Below the pieces are notes generated by a model. It had not been told where the DNA came from and did no database searches. It saw only the letters and a program-made list of their open reading frames with translations. Positions 37,301 through 49,633 of a stretch of DNA of 64,000 nt are shown piece by piece (position 1 is the first letter of the stretch; each line of letters begins with the position of its first letter). Origin of the DNA: Intoshia linei. Its lineage: Eukaryota > Animalia > Orthonectida. The translations under genes were made by a program, and so were the position numbers. Location of the stretch: positions 65,649-129,648 of the forward strand of contig LWCA01000003.1 of the NCBI GenBank assembly GCA_001642005.1, given 5' to 3'.

Positions 37301-40300
37301 GGTGAATGGGAATCCAAACAACTAAAAGAATCAATTTTGGGAATGTAATGATTCATGTACACAAATTTATTCAGGTACGTCGCATGATCGTTCCATAATT
37401 TCAACAGAGATTGTCTAAACATGTCAATGAAATCATAACAATAGGTTGTAGCCAAATTAGTAGCCTTAAGTCTTTTCATTTGTAATTTATCCCTAGTGGG
37501 ATAAGGTAAACTTGTAGAAACTCCTCGCCAGAAAGCATGCTCATCATCAGTAAAATATGGTTCATAAATATAACTATTTGTATCCGAATCAAAAACTTCC
37601 CGGTACATGACAATTTCCAGTCGGTAACCTTTCTCGTTTGCAATAGTAACTCTAATGACTTGAGTTGGCGAATCTTCACTCAATTTAACATTAAATTTAA
37701 TCTCAGATTGCAAAATCCGCTGTTTCCATAATCTCGCTCCATACGTCAAAACAATATCATGCACAGTATCGGTAATGACCCTGACATCACTAATCACCAA
37801 AGTAGGTACAAAATTAAGGAAAATGTGATTACAATCAAATCTATGAGGTGAATTTTCGCGCGAAATGGCCAATTCCAAAGCATCAAGGGCTTCGAGAACC
37901 ATCCTTTCCCCTTCGCTTTTAAGGTATTCAAGTGAAGTAAATCTCGTAGTTAAATTGCAATGTCTAATAATAGCTCTCACAAAGTACCTATAATCAGTTG
38001 TATCTGGTTTGTTGGAACTTCCCTGGTAAATATGCATGCGGTGGTTTTCAATTGGAACAAGGTCAATATTAAAAGAGGACAAACGATTAATTTCAAGCTG
38101 AAATGCCAATGCCGGTTCAAGGTTTCGGTAAATTTTATCTTCTCTAAAATTGAGTCGATTTCGATACGTAAAATACAACGGATAGCTGTCTTGGTTTATG
38201 ATTATAAATGTTATGCGCCTAACGTGTTCGTTTTTCAATAATTCTGCATGTTTTTCACAAAAATTTCCAAATAAGGTAGCAAAGTAATTATCGTCAAATA
38301 TTTCATCTTCTTTTATGGTAGAATTTACTCTAGGGTCAAAAGAAATCGAGGCACTAATAATACGACATCCCTCTTCTTCACAAGTATTTAAAATAGTTGA
38401 ATGCGACGTGCAATTTTTCCCAGTACAACCCACGGTTTTGGAACGTTTACATCGTTTATAGTTACGCTGTAATTTCGATCGATTAGAAGAATCTGAAATG
38501 TTAAACCTGTTGTCGCCGCTAGTATACGGCGGAGAATAAACTCCAGTAGAGTTTTTTCTAGAAAAAATATTTGAAGATGATTTAGAACGGTAATGTTTAG
38601 TTTGGCTAAATTCATCAAATATGTCGATGCTGGAATCACCCGATGAAACAATACTATGAAAAGATTGTTCAAAGTCTTGGTAGGAAGTAAACGCACAAAT
38701 TAATCCGATTCGATCACAAGCTAAATTGGCAATTTGATAAGAAAATGCTTCGCCCATCTGTGGAGTGAGAGGAGGTAAAGTCACAACAGTTTTAGGAGAA
38801 TTTGAAGTAGCGCTTATGTTTGGATGAGTTATAGGAAGAACCAATTGAAATTCTAAAACAAAATTGTCCGTTTCGCTATCATAAGAAGTGTTTGACGATG
38901 AACCTTTGCGGATTTTATATCTATCAGTATAACAAAAAGATTTGATTTGAAGTTTTGTAAATTTATCTGCATAATTGGAGGGTGTCGGGCAATTGCTATT
39001 GTAAGGTAAATTAATTTCAAAACTGTGTTCGTTAACTCTGTAATGTTGTATGGAAAGAATGTCGTATGCGATGTAAGACCTACGAATGTACACTTCCAAT
39101 GCAGCCATACGAACCAGACTATTCCGATGATAAAAGAAATCTGTGAGAACGTCATATATACCGTTTTCTGATACAACTAAATCACGAAGAATATCATTCT
39201 TACAATTCTTTTGAATGCAACTGGTTGCATTCAATAAAATGGACTCTACGTTATTATGCCTCACTTCGTATTTCGGTTGAAAAGCTACAAAAAGCAATTC
39301 TCTGGCTCTCAAAGCAACCTTTCTATTTTCTGGAAGACACAGAGTGGTAATTTTGTTCAAAGTATCCTTTAAAAATTCTGTTGATTCAGGGTCGAATTGC
39401 TGAATAAAATCAATAAGTGCTAAAACGCACATATTGCTTTGTTTCACCTTACTGTGAGCAAAAATATATTTTGTAATAACTTCAAGGTCATTGTCAAATT
39501 TTTCTCGTAAAGCAGAAACACACCTATCGTACTGTCCCTTTTGAAACAAAACTTGAATTTCATAGTAAATTTCCAATAAATCTTTAAAAACATTGCGCAT
39601 AAAACCTTGCAACCCGCATTCGTATTTTACTAATAGAGATCGGAGATTTTCGATAGTGACTAGGTAGATGGTTTGATCGGCTTTACTGTTCAACCCGGAG
39701 CAGTAACTTTTAATGATATCGACAATTTTTTCCACCGGAAAATCCGACATGACGGACGTAAAATTCCTTTGATAAGTGTGGACGACTTCGTAAACTTCTC
39801 GCAAAACATTTGTCTGCATTGTATCATTTAGCATGTAAATGACATTGTTTAGTTCAAGGATTGGAAGAGATGGGTTGAGCAGCAGGTTTCCAAGAAAGTG
39901 AATGTTTGAAACTATTAAATTTGTACAATACGGTTCTTGAATGTGATATCCATACAATGTTTGTTTTACCAAATTAAAAATTCTTTCATATCTTTCCTTG
40001 GGCCCCACTCCTCCAAAATCAGCATCCATTGTCATATATAGCGGAAATTTTTCCTTATAAACTTCTAAATTTGATTTGGTTGTTGGGTCGTCCAAAGTTA
40101 ACGTTGCAATTAGTCCAGAATTTTCTACTACAACTCCTTCGCGTTTCACGTAATGAATTAATCCAGAATATACAACTTTCAATTCCATAATCATTTTCAT
40201 GACCTCCACTTCGGCGTAGACATCATTTGCATTAACGTGGTCGCCATCTTCTACCAAATACCTGACGAGTTTTCCAGTGGTAGGAGACATGAGCAAAGAA

Positions 40301-43068
40301 GGGTCCATAGCTTTCATAAAAACACATGTTTTATTGTTAATCATGGATACATAACTAGTGGGGCATTCTTTCACGTAGACCATATGAGAACATTTGTTGA
40401 TTGTCAGCAATAAACCACCATCCAATACTTTATGAATATTTACCTCCATAATACTGTCATTTAAAATTACAAAAAATACATATTCCGATATTTTTGCGAC
40501 CATAATGTTGTATTTATATCCATCGTATTCGAGATCTACAGTTTTACAATTGCTAATAGTTTCTTGACCACATATCTGACCTTTTTCCAATTTATCTTTA
40601 AATATCTGAAATTTTAGTTGAATGTCAACAAAAGCAATATGCAGAGCCGTACAAACTGTGGCAATTAATGGGTCAGGTTTTTCGGACTTTAGTTTTAATC
40701 TGATGAAACCATCTAACCAACCGGTATCAATTTTATTATCTTGAAATGAATCTTCTTCAAAAAGAGAAATTAAATACTCAACAGTTGTTCTGAAATCACT
40801 TAAAATACTAAATTCTTTTAATGCTAAGACCATTCCTTGTCTAGCTTCTTCTCTGTGGTTTCCCCAAGCAAATATATGTCCAAATTGTGAATCCGCATAT
40901 TCGTGCAAACTACCCGATGAAGAGACTGAAAAATAACCCCACGCATCTCGACTACTTTTAAAATTCAAATCATGAACGCGACCTGAACTGGGTTGAAATC
41001 CTTCTTCAGGGTTTTCACATGTTATCCTGGCTGCCATCACAAAACCACATGGAATAGGTCTAAAGTAACATTAATTTCGTGAAATAAAATTTAAGTACCT
41101 TATAGAAAAATCAATATCCGTGTCCACGTCAGGATCACACCCGAAAAATTGTCGGATGTCTCGTATATTTTTCAATGGAATGCCCATGGCCACATGAAGC
41201 TGCGCGGCAGGTAAATTTACTAAGGTAACCATTTCTGTACATGGATGTTCTACCTGCAATCGCGGATTTAATTCCAAAAAAAAGTATTTTTTTGCCTTAA
41301 TGTCATACAAAAATTCAACCGTTCCAGCACTAACATATCCAACCAATTTAGCTAATCTTATAGAATCCTAAAATTTTATGAAATGATAATTTTTAATTCC
41401 TACAATTTCCATTTTTTTTTGTATTTCTAATGAGGCCACGGATATTGGCGCTTCTTCGATAATTTTTTGATGTCTTCTTTGAACAGAACAATCTCTTCCA
41501 AATAATGATATCACGTTTCCATACTGGTCCGCCAACAATTGGATTTCCAAGTGTCTTACATTTTCAGCCAATTTCATAACAAATATAGGGGACGTTGGAC
41601 ATTCAGCCAATACCTAAAAGCAGAATTTAGCATTGTTTAGTTTGTGTTACTTGTCGGAAAAGTTTAGGAATATCGCCCAAATCATTTACCATTCTGATTC
41701 CTTTACCTAATACACTTGTATTATCAAAATAGTTTTGAATACCTCCTCCGCCCTCTGAAGCTTTGATCATGACGGGTATTTTTATTTTTCGAGCAATTTC
41801 CACAGCTTCTTCTGGCGTTTTTACTAATGCTTTATCGAAAATATTCATGGGAACATTGATATGCTTTTCTCTGTCATTTTGTATATCCTCGCTCAAGAAT
41901 ACATCTATAAAATAAATAATTGAATAACGCCTCAAATTAAAAACCTGATCCGCTCCATGGCAGGGTTGGCACTCCACACGATTGAGCAATAATTGTAGAT
42001 GCAATTTTGTCTCCCAAAGACCACATGGCATTTGTGTGGGGTCCTAATTACAATACATTAACATCAACGTATACTCAATAAATACCTATAAAAATTATCC
42101 CATTAGCATCCAACATGGCCGGTAATCTTGGGTTCTCAGAAGCATGTCCCCATCCAGCAAAAACAGCCTATAAATAAACAGTTTAGAAAAATTCTTCGTA
42201 TATTGGAATACATCGACATTTGCTTTAATTGCCAATTTTACAATACATTCTATGGAAGCATAATTGTTTACATTCGATCCACCTGGTACAGGTAAAAAAT
42301 GATCTGCCATGCGTATAAAATCTATTTTATATTTCATAAACATAATCAGGGTGGTTAAATTATAAATGTATAACATACCCGCGTTTGCTTTTAAATCATC
42401 CGGAGTCACCATTGCAATGAATTTTATGTAACGGTCATTATTAAAAACTTCATATGCCCACCTAGATATTAAAGTTAAGGTAGATAATTCAATACTTTCT
42501 AATAGACCGCATGCACTTAACCGCAGCTATTCCATTATTTGCAATTAAAATCTAAAAACAATGGCTTATTTGTCAAAAAAACATATACCGATCTGATAAT
42601 GCGCTTTCCACCCTTCATAGCGACGTACATTTCTAGTTTACTGTAATCATTTTCGACGTTTTTAATCTTTTTGGTCGATAAACCTCTTCCACGTTCTTTA
42701 AAAATTGAAGGACAGCTAAAGAGTAATATTAAGGTCAATTGCACGAGTAATTATATAATCAATTTAAAAAACCTGTATTTACGTACATTGCTTCGAATTC
42801 CTCTTGAGGTTTCTTGTTTGATTAAATCATTTTCACTTTTGTTTAGTATAATTTTATTTACATGTGAAGGTTTGTTTGGTACTTTTTTTTCTGAATCATC
42901 ACTGTGATATTCATTGAAGTCATCCATTACAGAAAATTTGACACGGCTATTAGACGGCTAAAAGATTATAAAACCTTGAAAATACGGTTAACTTACTTGT
43001 TTACCGATTTTACCCTTTTTTATTTGAATGGACTGTAATTTAGTATCATTTTGATCTGGTTTACTCAT
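34350..43068 (-). CDS. ACC: Acetyl-CoA carboxylase (BC-BCCP-central-CT multidomain)
   Basis: [72 protein letters not shown], biotinyl motif EVMKM, CT motifs [34 protein letters not shown] and ELRGGAWVV. Confidence 0.98.
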
Positions 43069-43496
43069 TTCAACTTTCTATTTTATCTACCCAAAATTAA
43101 ATATGATAAATATAATGGGACCATAATTTGAAATAAAATACAACTTAATTAAGATTGATATAACTACACATGCTATGTGAGGCCATTCAATTTAAAATTA
43201 CCAATTAATTCAAATTTTAAAATTGCATCACGTATATTTCCATGTTTATATGGATATTGAAACCCCAAAGTTTATTACAAAACAAAGTACAATTATCTGT
43301 ACAAAAACGCAATATTTACACATTTTTATATGCAATAGTTAAAAGTAGTGATCCATTTTTGGAATTTTTAAAAAAAACTAGTATGATTTTATAGAAAAGT
43401 ACATACAAAATGTGTATAAACTAAATTTCATTCGCATCAACGTGATCTACTTTAATTCATTGTAATACAATTTGTACAATTTATATAAATTGTACA

Positions 43497-44123
43497 ATGT
43501 TGTTCTCTAGAAACAATTGTAAACAAATGGAACTTTATCAGGAAAATGTTGAGTGTAAACCTGCAAATATTAGAGTAAAAAAACCTCGTAGAATCATTCA
43601 TTGTTCCAATGGCACTTTACCAGAATATTCTACAGACGAAGAAAGTGAATGTGGCAATATACAAATTGCTGATACTGTAATATATTCAATTGCATTTTAT
43701 AATGTTTATTAGTCTTCTATGACTTGGCTACATTACGCATATCATCTTTCTGGTACGTTTGGATATAAAACCCTTGCATGTAATGTTAAGTGGTTTTATA
43801 TTTTATTATTTAAAAATTAGGGGTAGATTATTTTGGATCCAAAATTGCTTGGTTTCTGGGTATTACATCCCCTAAATATGCTAGTGAAATGAATTATTAC
43901 AAAAGATTGGAGGTATTTTTAATTTTCCATTTATATTCATTAAAACTGATCTATTTTAAAAGATTTTTTCAATTTGGATTATATCGGTTTTCAGGTGGGT
44001 TTAGAACCAAGAAAATCAAGAGACGTCAACAAATGTTATCATTATTTTTATTTAATTTAAAATTTCACTTTACTGATTGTTTTTCGGTTTATTATACGTT
44101 CATAAATTTTATAGAATGACTAG
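43497..44123 (+). CDS. FAM177A1: FAM177 family protein
   Basis: KKPRRIIHCSNGTLPEYSTDEE|..MTWLHY..|VDYFGSKIAWFLGITSPKYASEMNYYKRLE matches the FAM177 signature. The start (43497 or 43528) and the last exon are uncertain. Confidence 0.85.
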
Positions 44124-44445
44124 GTTAACTGTTATGTACTACATACAAACAGGACATTTTTATAATATTTAAAAAATAAATTCACGTTGAAAATCTAATT
44201 TAAAAATCCTACTATTCACTATTATCAATCCTTTAAATAAGTGGTTCCAAAATTTGTGTCAGGTGGAACCATCATATCACATTACTTTTTACTTTAAAGT
44301 GAATTATTCCATCTTAATTTTTTGTTTGTTAATATTTAAAAATAAAGTAAAAACAGTCCAATCCTAAAAATTATCATAAATAGCATAAATTCCAGAAAAA
44401 ATAAAATTATAAAAACCTATTTTGTCAATTTCAATGTGATGTATA
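44120..44445 (-). mobile_element. Helitron 3' portion
   Basis: CTAG terminus at 44120-44123 plus internal homology to 58008-58749. Confidence 0.7.
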
Positions 44446-44992
44446 TCAGGGATGGCCAATTTGATTTTTTAGAGATCGACTTTATATTTTTTGAAATACT
44501 AGTGATCGACTATACTGAAATTCAATAAGTACATATGACATAAGTAATAGGACATTATAATATAAATTAAAAAANTAAATGACGTCTCAATTTGCTTGGT
44601 TTAAGTGAGGAAATTGATAATGTTCCATAAAAAACAACGCATTGCGGTTTAATAATACCGTCAACAATAATTGATGTAAATCGAAATTCAATATAGGACT
44701 CTTGATATTTCCTTTTTTTATTATCTATAAATTAGGGTAAATGATTAATAAAATACTTATTGAAAATGAGCTTTATTTTCTTGAGATTAAGTAATGTTCA
44801 ATTTACAATAAACTTATACATTATTTTTAATTGTGAATACAAACTTAATTTTTATTTTTACTTTTTAAATTATTTAAAAAATCAATTTATTTTTTATAAT
44901 TCAAAATTTTATTTAAACTTGCGGACCCCGAAAATGGTCTCACGGACCCTAGTTTGAGAACCACTGATTCAGATAATTAAAAAATTTTAAAG

Positions 44993-46054
44993 GTTTATTT
45001 CATATGCATGAAAACCAGAATAATGAAAAAGTTTATGATGTATTTAAAACACCGTTTCATGCTCCTTATGAAAACCCTCTTTCTGTTTTACCTCGAATGT
45101 CTAGTAATATTTACATTGTAGTATACATTTATTTAAATTAAAAATGTAGTGGAAATTACGCCTGATAGTGAATACCCATCTGTAGCTACACCTGGTTATA
45201 TTAAACCTCCAATGACACCACTTAATGAATCCAATATATTGAATGAAAAGCCACTTTGGATCGGTTTGATTGAATCATGATGACATTTTTATTTTAATGT
45301 TTAAATTTCTACGTTAGGATTTCTGGATTGGGTAGATAGATTGGATGTGATTATTGGACATACGTTTACAAATACGACTCCAAAAACGCGAAAAATTAAA
45401 ATTGAAATGTTTTGTTATAAGGATGATGTATTTGCGTATTTACTAAAAAATAAAAATCCATTTTTATTAGAACTCCGGAATTATTTGGAGATGTGTTGAG
45501 AATGAATTTTATTAGTAGACCAATGGTTAGAAATTTGAAAAATTTACTAATTGGTGCAAATCGGTATTTGATTAAATTCCATTCTGATAATAGTACTGAG
45601 GATATTGAAAATATTCTTGTCACGATAAAGAAATTTGGGGTAATTTATGTTATTTATTAAAATAAACCAAAAGTTGCCCGTTTTGATAGCGTCAAATGGA
45701 TTTACACAATTATATTATATTTTAGGCTGGATATGTTCGATTAAATTTAAAAATGTCAGAGTTGGGATATTTACCTACGATTGTTATGGTTAAAGAAAAT
45801 ATTAAAAATCAAATTTTTGGTTTGAGTCCTAGGAATCCTAAACTTTTTAATAATGCTTTGGCTCAAATTATCTCAATGATTAAAAAGGTTTCTTTTTGAT
45901 TGATAGGAACCTTGCTGGGGCTGGGTGTTGTCTATATATGAGTTTAAAGTTTTTTATGTCATTGAACCATACAATTTAGAAAAATGTAACTAATCAATCA
46001 AATGTTCAATCTGCAAAAGGTATTGTGTCTGAATCAACAAATCAAAGCACCTAA
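44993..46054 (+). CDS. Med25 ACID / PTOV domain protein (no VWA domain visible)
   Basis: Spliced: NEKPLWI|GFLDWVD..KTRKIKIEMFCYKDDVFA|TPELFGDVLRMNFISRPMV..IKKFG|AGYVRL..QIFGLSPRNPKLFNNALAQII. This is colinear with MED25 ACID ([44 protein letters not shown]). In-frame ATG at 45004. Confidence 0.7.
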
Positions 46055-46773
46055 TTTTATTATATATTTTTTTCTTGTAAATACAGTTATTTGAAATATA
46101 TATTCAGGTCGCTCTCATAATTTTCGAGACTGTGCACGGCATGCCAATCAAATTTAATATATTACGTTTATTAATATATTTCAATAATACTGAGTTAATC
46201 CCATATAATATTAGTCGTACGTATAGCATAATGAAAATCTGTTTTCCACAAAACTCGTGATTTCATTTTTAAATTTACCGTTTAAATAAATTTGTGAATT
46301 TTAAATTTTTTATATAATTTTAATAAAAATTTAAGTGTTTATTAGAATTATTACCTTTTGACTACTACTGTATGATAAATAAATTTAGGTAAAATTACAA
46401 GTTACATAATTTATTATTGTAATTAGTTAAGAATAGGAATTCTTGAGATGCTAATTAATTTATGAATTAATTCTTTGTGAAGTTAATATGCCAACAATAT
46501 CTATTTTTGCCGTAATTATAGACATTAATTTTAATTTATTTATCTATTATGAAAATATTTGATAAAATTTATACTTTAATTACTGAAATTTTTATTTGAC
46601 TTATAATAATATTTTTTATTTATGGTTGATTGTTAATTAATGAATCGAATTGAGTAAATGAACAATTAATGTATAAATATATTAATAAGCATGTTGTTTT
46701 AAGTATTTTGTTGATAAGAAATATTGTTATTCACACTTGAAATTATTGTTAGTATAATGTATAACTGTAAATT

Positions 46774-48313
46774 TAAAACATTACAGATAATGGAATGGAT
46801 AGTAAGCTTCGAGTTTCCAAATTTTGATCAATCATTTGCAGTTGGATCTATATACATTTCATTACTCACCGAAATAATAATCTTATGATATTCATAAACT
46901 ATTCCATCAACTTTATAAGGCTGTAACACTATTGCAAATCCAGTTATGAAAATCATCGTTTCAAAGCATATTGGGTTTTCCACTAGATTTATAAAATTAA
47001 TTATATAGAGATACTAAAGCCTGTCGATCGAAATAATCGTAGATCAGTAGTTCCCAAACTGTATCCACTATGGACAACTTGTCACACAAAAAAAATGTGT
47101 GTGAACCACATAATTTTTAAAAAAATTTCCGTAATTCTGAACACGTCACTAAAATAATATTTACATTTTTTTATTATATATTCCTTAAATTGAAAATTTG
47201 ACATTAATTTTGACATGGTAGCTCAATGGCGTAATTGAAAAAATTATTAATTTCAAACATAATTATGGTAAACTACCAGTGCCGAACCTACAGTATCCGA
47301 GAACCTTATACCGATGGATCTCAACGAAAATTTTTTTAAGCTGAGGCTTTAATTCACTAAATTGAGAATTGAAAAATTTGCATATGAACTAATTTGTGTG
47401 TTAAATTTAAAATGTCAACTCAAGAGTCTTAAGAGGTGGATAGGGTTATATGACATTATAATTCCTTTACAAATTTTTTTAAGGGGCTATTTTTCATTTT
47501 AGTAGTGACTACGAGCTTACTAGGTTCGGTTCTGGAAACGACTATCAAACTAAGTTAAATCGTTGCATAGATTAAATTTAACGCACGTCAAAAATTATTC
47601 ACGTTAGTCAGTAAATTTTCACTTAATTTTTATAAAATGATAATTACATTCCGTCATTAATAATAATAAATGATCGATAATAAATAATATTATTGTTTAA
47701 AAAAAGGTTATTTTCATTTTATTAAAAATTTTTCTTGTGGACCACTTTGAGAACCACTGTCGTAGATAGATAACATTTCTATATAGTATATACAATAATA
47801 TAAATTTATCATGTTTTTACATGCATGTTGAACGTCTAAAACGACATCTTATATTCTTACTTATATAATATGCTATGCAATATTATGTCTTACCGTTTAT
47901 TTCAATAACTATAAGTCTTAGAATTTTATAAAGTCCACATTTCAATTACAATTTCTTCTAAGGGTGTTAGCAAAATAAATTTCAACTTCCCAAACTTACA
48001 TTTTACGGATCAAAAAGCCAAAAGAAAAATTGTAACCAATTATTTTCAATCCCTGGTATTGAGTATAACCCATAATTCTATTGATATTTATATAAATTTA
48101 CAAAATTAAGGCATCTTCATATTATTTTTAAAATCAAAAATAAATATTTTTTCTTCGGGAGAATATACATATGTGTAATATGAATTATCAACAGCATAGC
48201 GATAAACCATCTCACATGATTTATTGAATGATCCCAAATTTGTAATTTCAACTTTTTCTGAAAAATATGCCAATTTCGCCGATTGCAATTTCATTCGTGT
48301 TTTATTATATTCC
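46774..48313 (-). CDS. Possible unknown multi-exon gene or pseudogene
   Basis: Exon-like segments at about 48110-48313, 48007-48077 and 46870-46982 have AG/GT boundaries; the last two join in phase (..FGFLI|LENPICFETM..). No family recognised. Confidence 0.3.
47045..47759. mobile_element. hAT (Buster-type) MITE with an internal inverted-repeat insert
   Basis: Termini cagtagttcccaaa / tttgagaaccactg; perfect TSD tcgtagat. Internal inverted pair ccagtgccgaaccta (47276) / taggttcggttctgg (47521). Confidence 0.85.
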
Positions 48314-49266
48314 TAAATTAGTGAATATTGTACAATGTACATTTTACATGCCAGTGATTCTAAAACTTTTAATTATACTGTCATATTTCACGTTAAAATT
48401 GCTAATTATTACAAAAGTCTAATTCACATTGTCCATTATTTAGATCAGTAATATTGAACCTTTTCGTTTTGTTACCCCTTATGAAAATAAAAAATCGCAG
48501 AAAAGATCAAAAATTTTCTTTACATATTTAAACATGATCTTAGTATTCCAAATAGCTAAGAAAAATTTTAAGTTGTATGCCAGAATGTAAAAATATTTTC
48601 GTAAAATTATTACTCTCAATATTAAGTAATTAAATTGTTAATAATAAAAAATATAATGATGAATTTTTCAAATTTTCGCGACCCACACTAAAAAACTAAA
48701 CTTAAAAATTAAACTATTTTTTGTTATTAAATTTTACGTGAACCTTAGTTTAGAAACTACTGCTATACACTATATACTGTACACTATAACCAAAACTTGA
48801 AAATAAATATCGTCATTGAATATTTTTGTGTTCTTCACCAACATCAAAATCAATACAATGCAATTCAATACAACACAAAAATTTAAAAACATAGCCTTTT
48901 CCATATTGAGTTTAGAAAATTCTTCTTGAAGACATTCTTGTATTTCCAAGTGTCTTGATTAAACCGAAATAATTATAAATACCAATAACTTCATAGGGCT
49001 GGCAACGTTAATAATTGGGGTCACGGTATGATATTTATATTTTTATATAATTACATGTGATTTAATTAGTTCGATTTTAGCCAGTATTACATTTAAAATT
49101 CCTAAAAGTAGAAACTTTTCAACATTTTTTAGTATTTATTTTACATAGTATGTCATAAATAAACAAAAAAGTTGGTTGAAATACTTTTAGTTTGTTAATA
49201 ATTACAGCCAGTTATGATGTTTCGAATAATGCCATTATATTGATATATAACGTATTATACATAGCA

Positions 49267-49378
49267 CTAGGTTGAATGTTATGTACTACGTACAAACATC
49301 ACCTAGCTCTACCGAGGGCACATTTTTATTCTAAAAATAAAAAAATAAATTCGCGTTGAAAATCTAACTTAAAAATGT
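49267..49378 (-). mobile_element. Helitron 3' end fragment
   Basis: ctaggttgaatgttatgtactacgtacaaaca, the family terminus. Confidence 0.7.
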
Positions 49379-49633
49379 TTTAAAATTATAATACTGAAAA
49401 ATTGGGTCAATTGATTTTTATACAAAATTCTTAAAAATCTAGAGGGATTAAATTTGTCAATAAATATAATCGATTTGCATACAAATTTTTCTCCTTAAAC
49501 TCAATGGGGATTTAATATGTATTCTCTAGCTCAATTCAATTTATTTTCATTATTATTACATTAAATTTTAATCACACTGTATTTATATTTTTTGATAATT
49601 TATTTTGAAAACTTAATTTACATTTACACGTGA

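Noticed and set aside
37106-39176. Overlapping and antisense ORFs within ACC (for example 37106-37348, 37960-38241, 38388-38696)
   Set aside because: Shadow ORFs of a long coding exon with no recognisable motifs.
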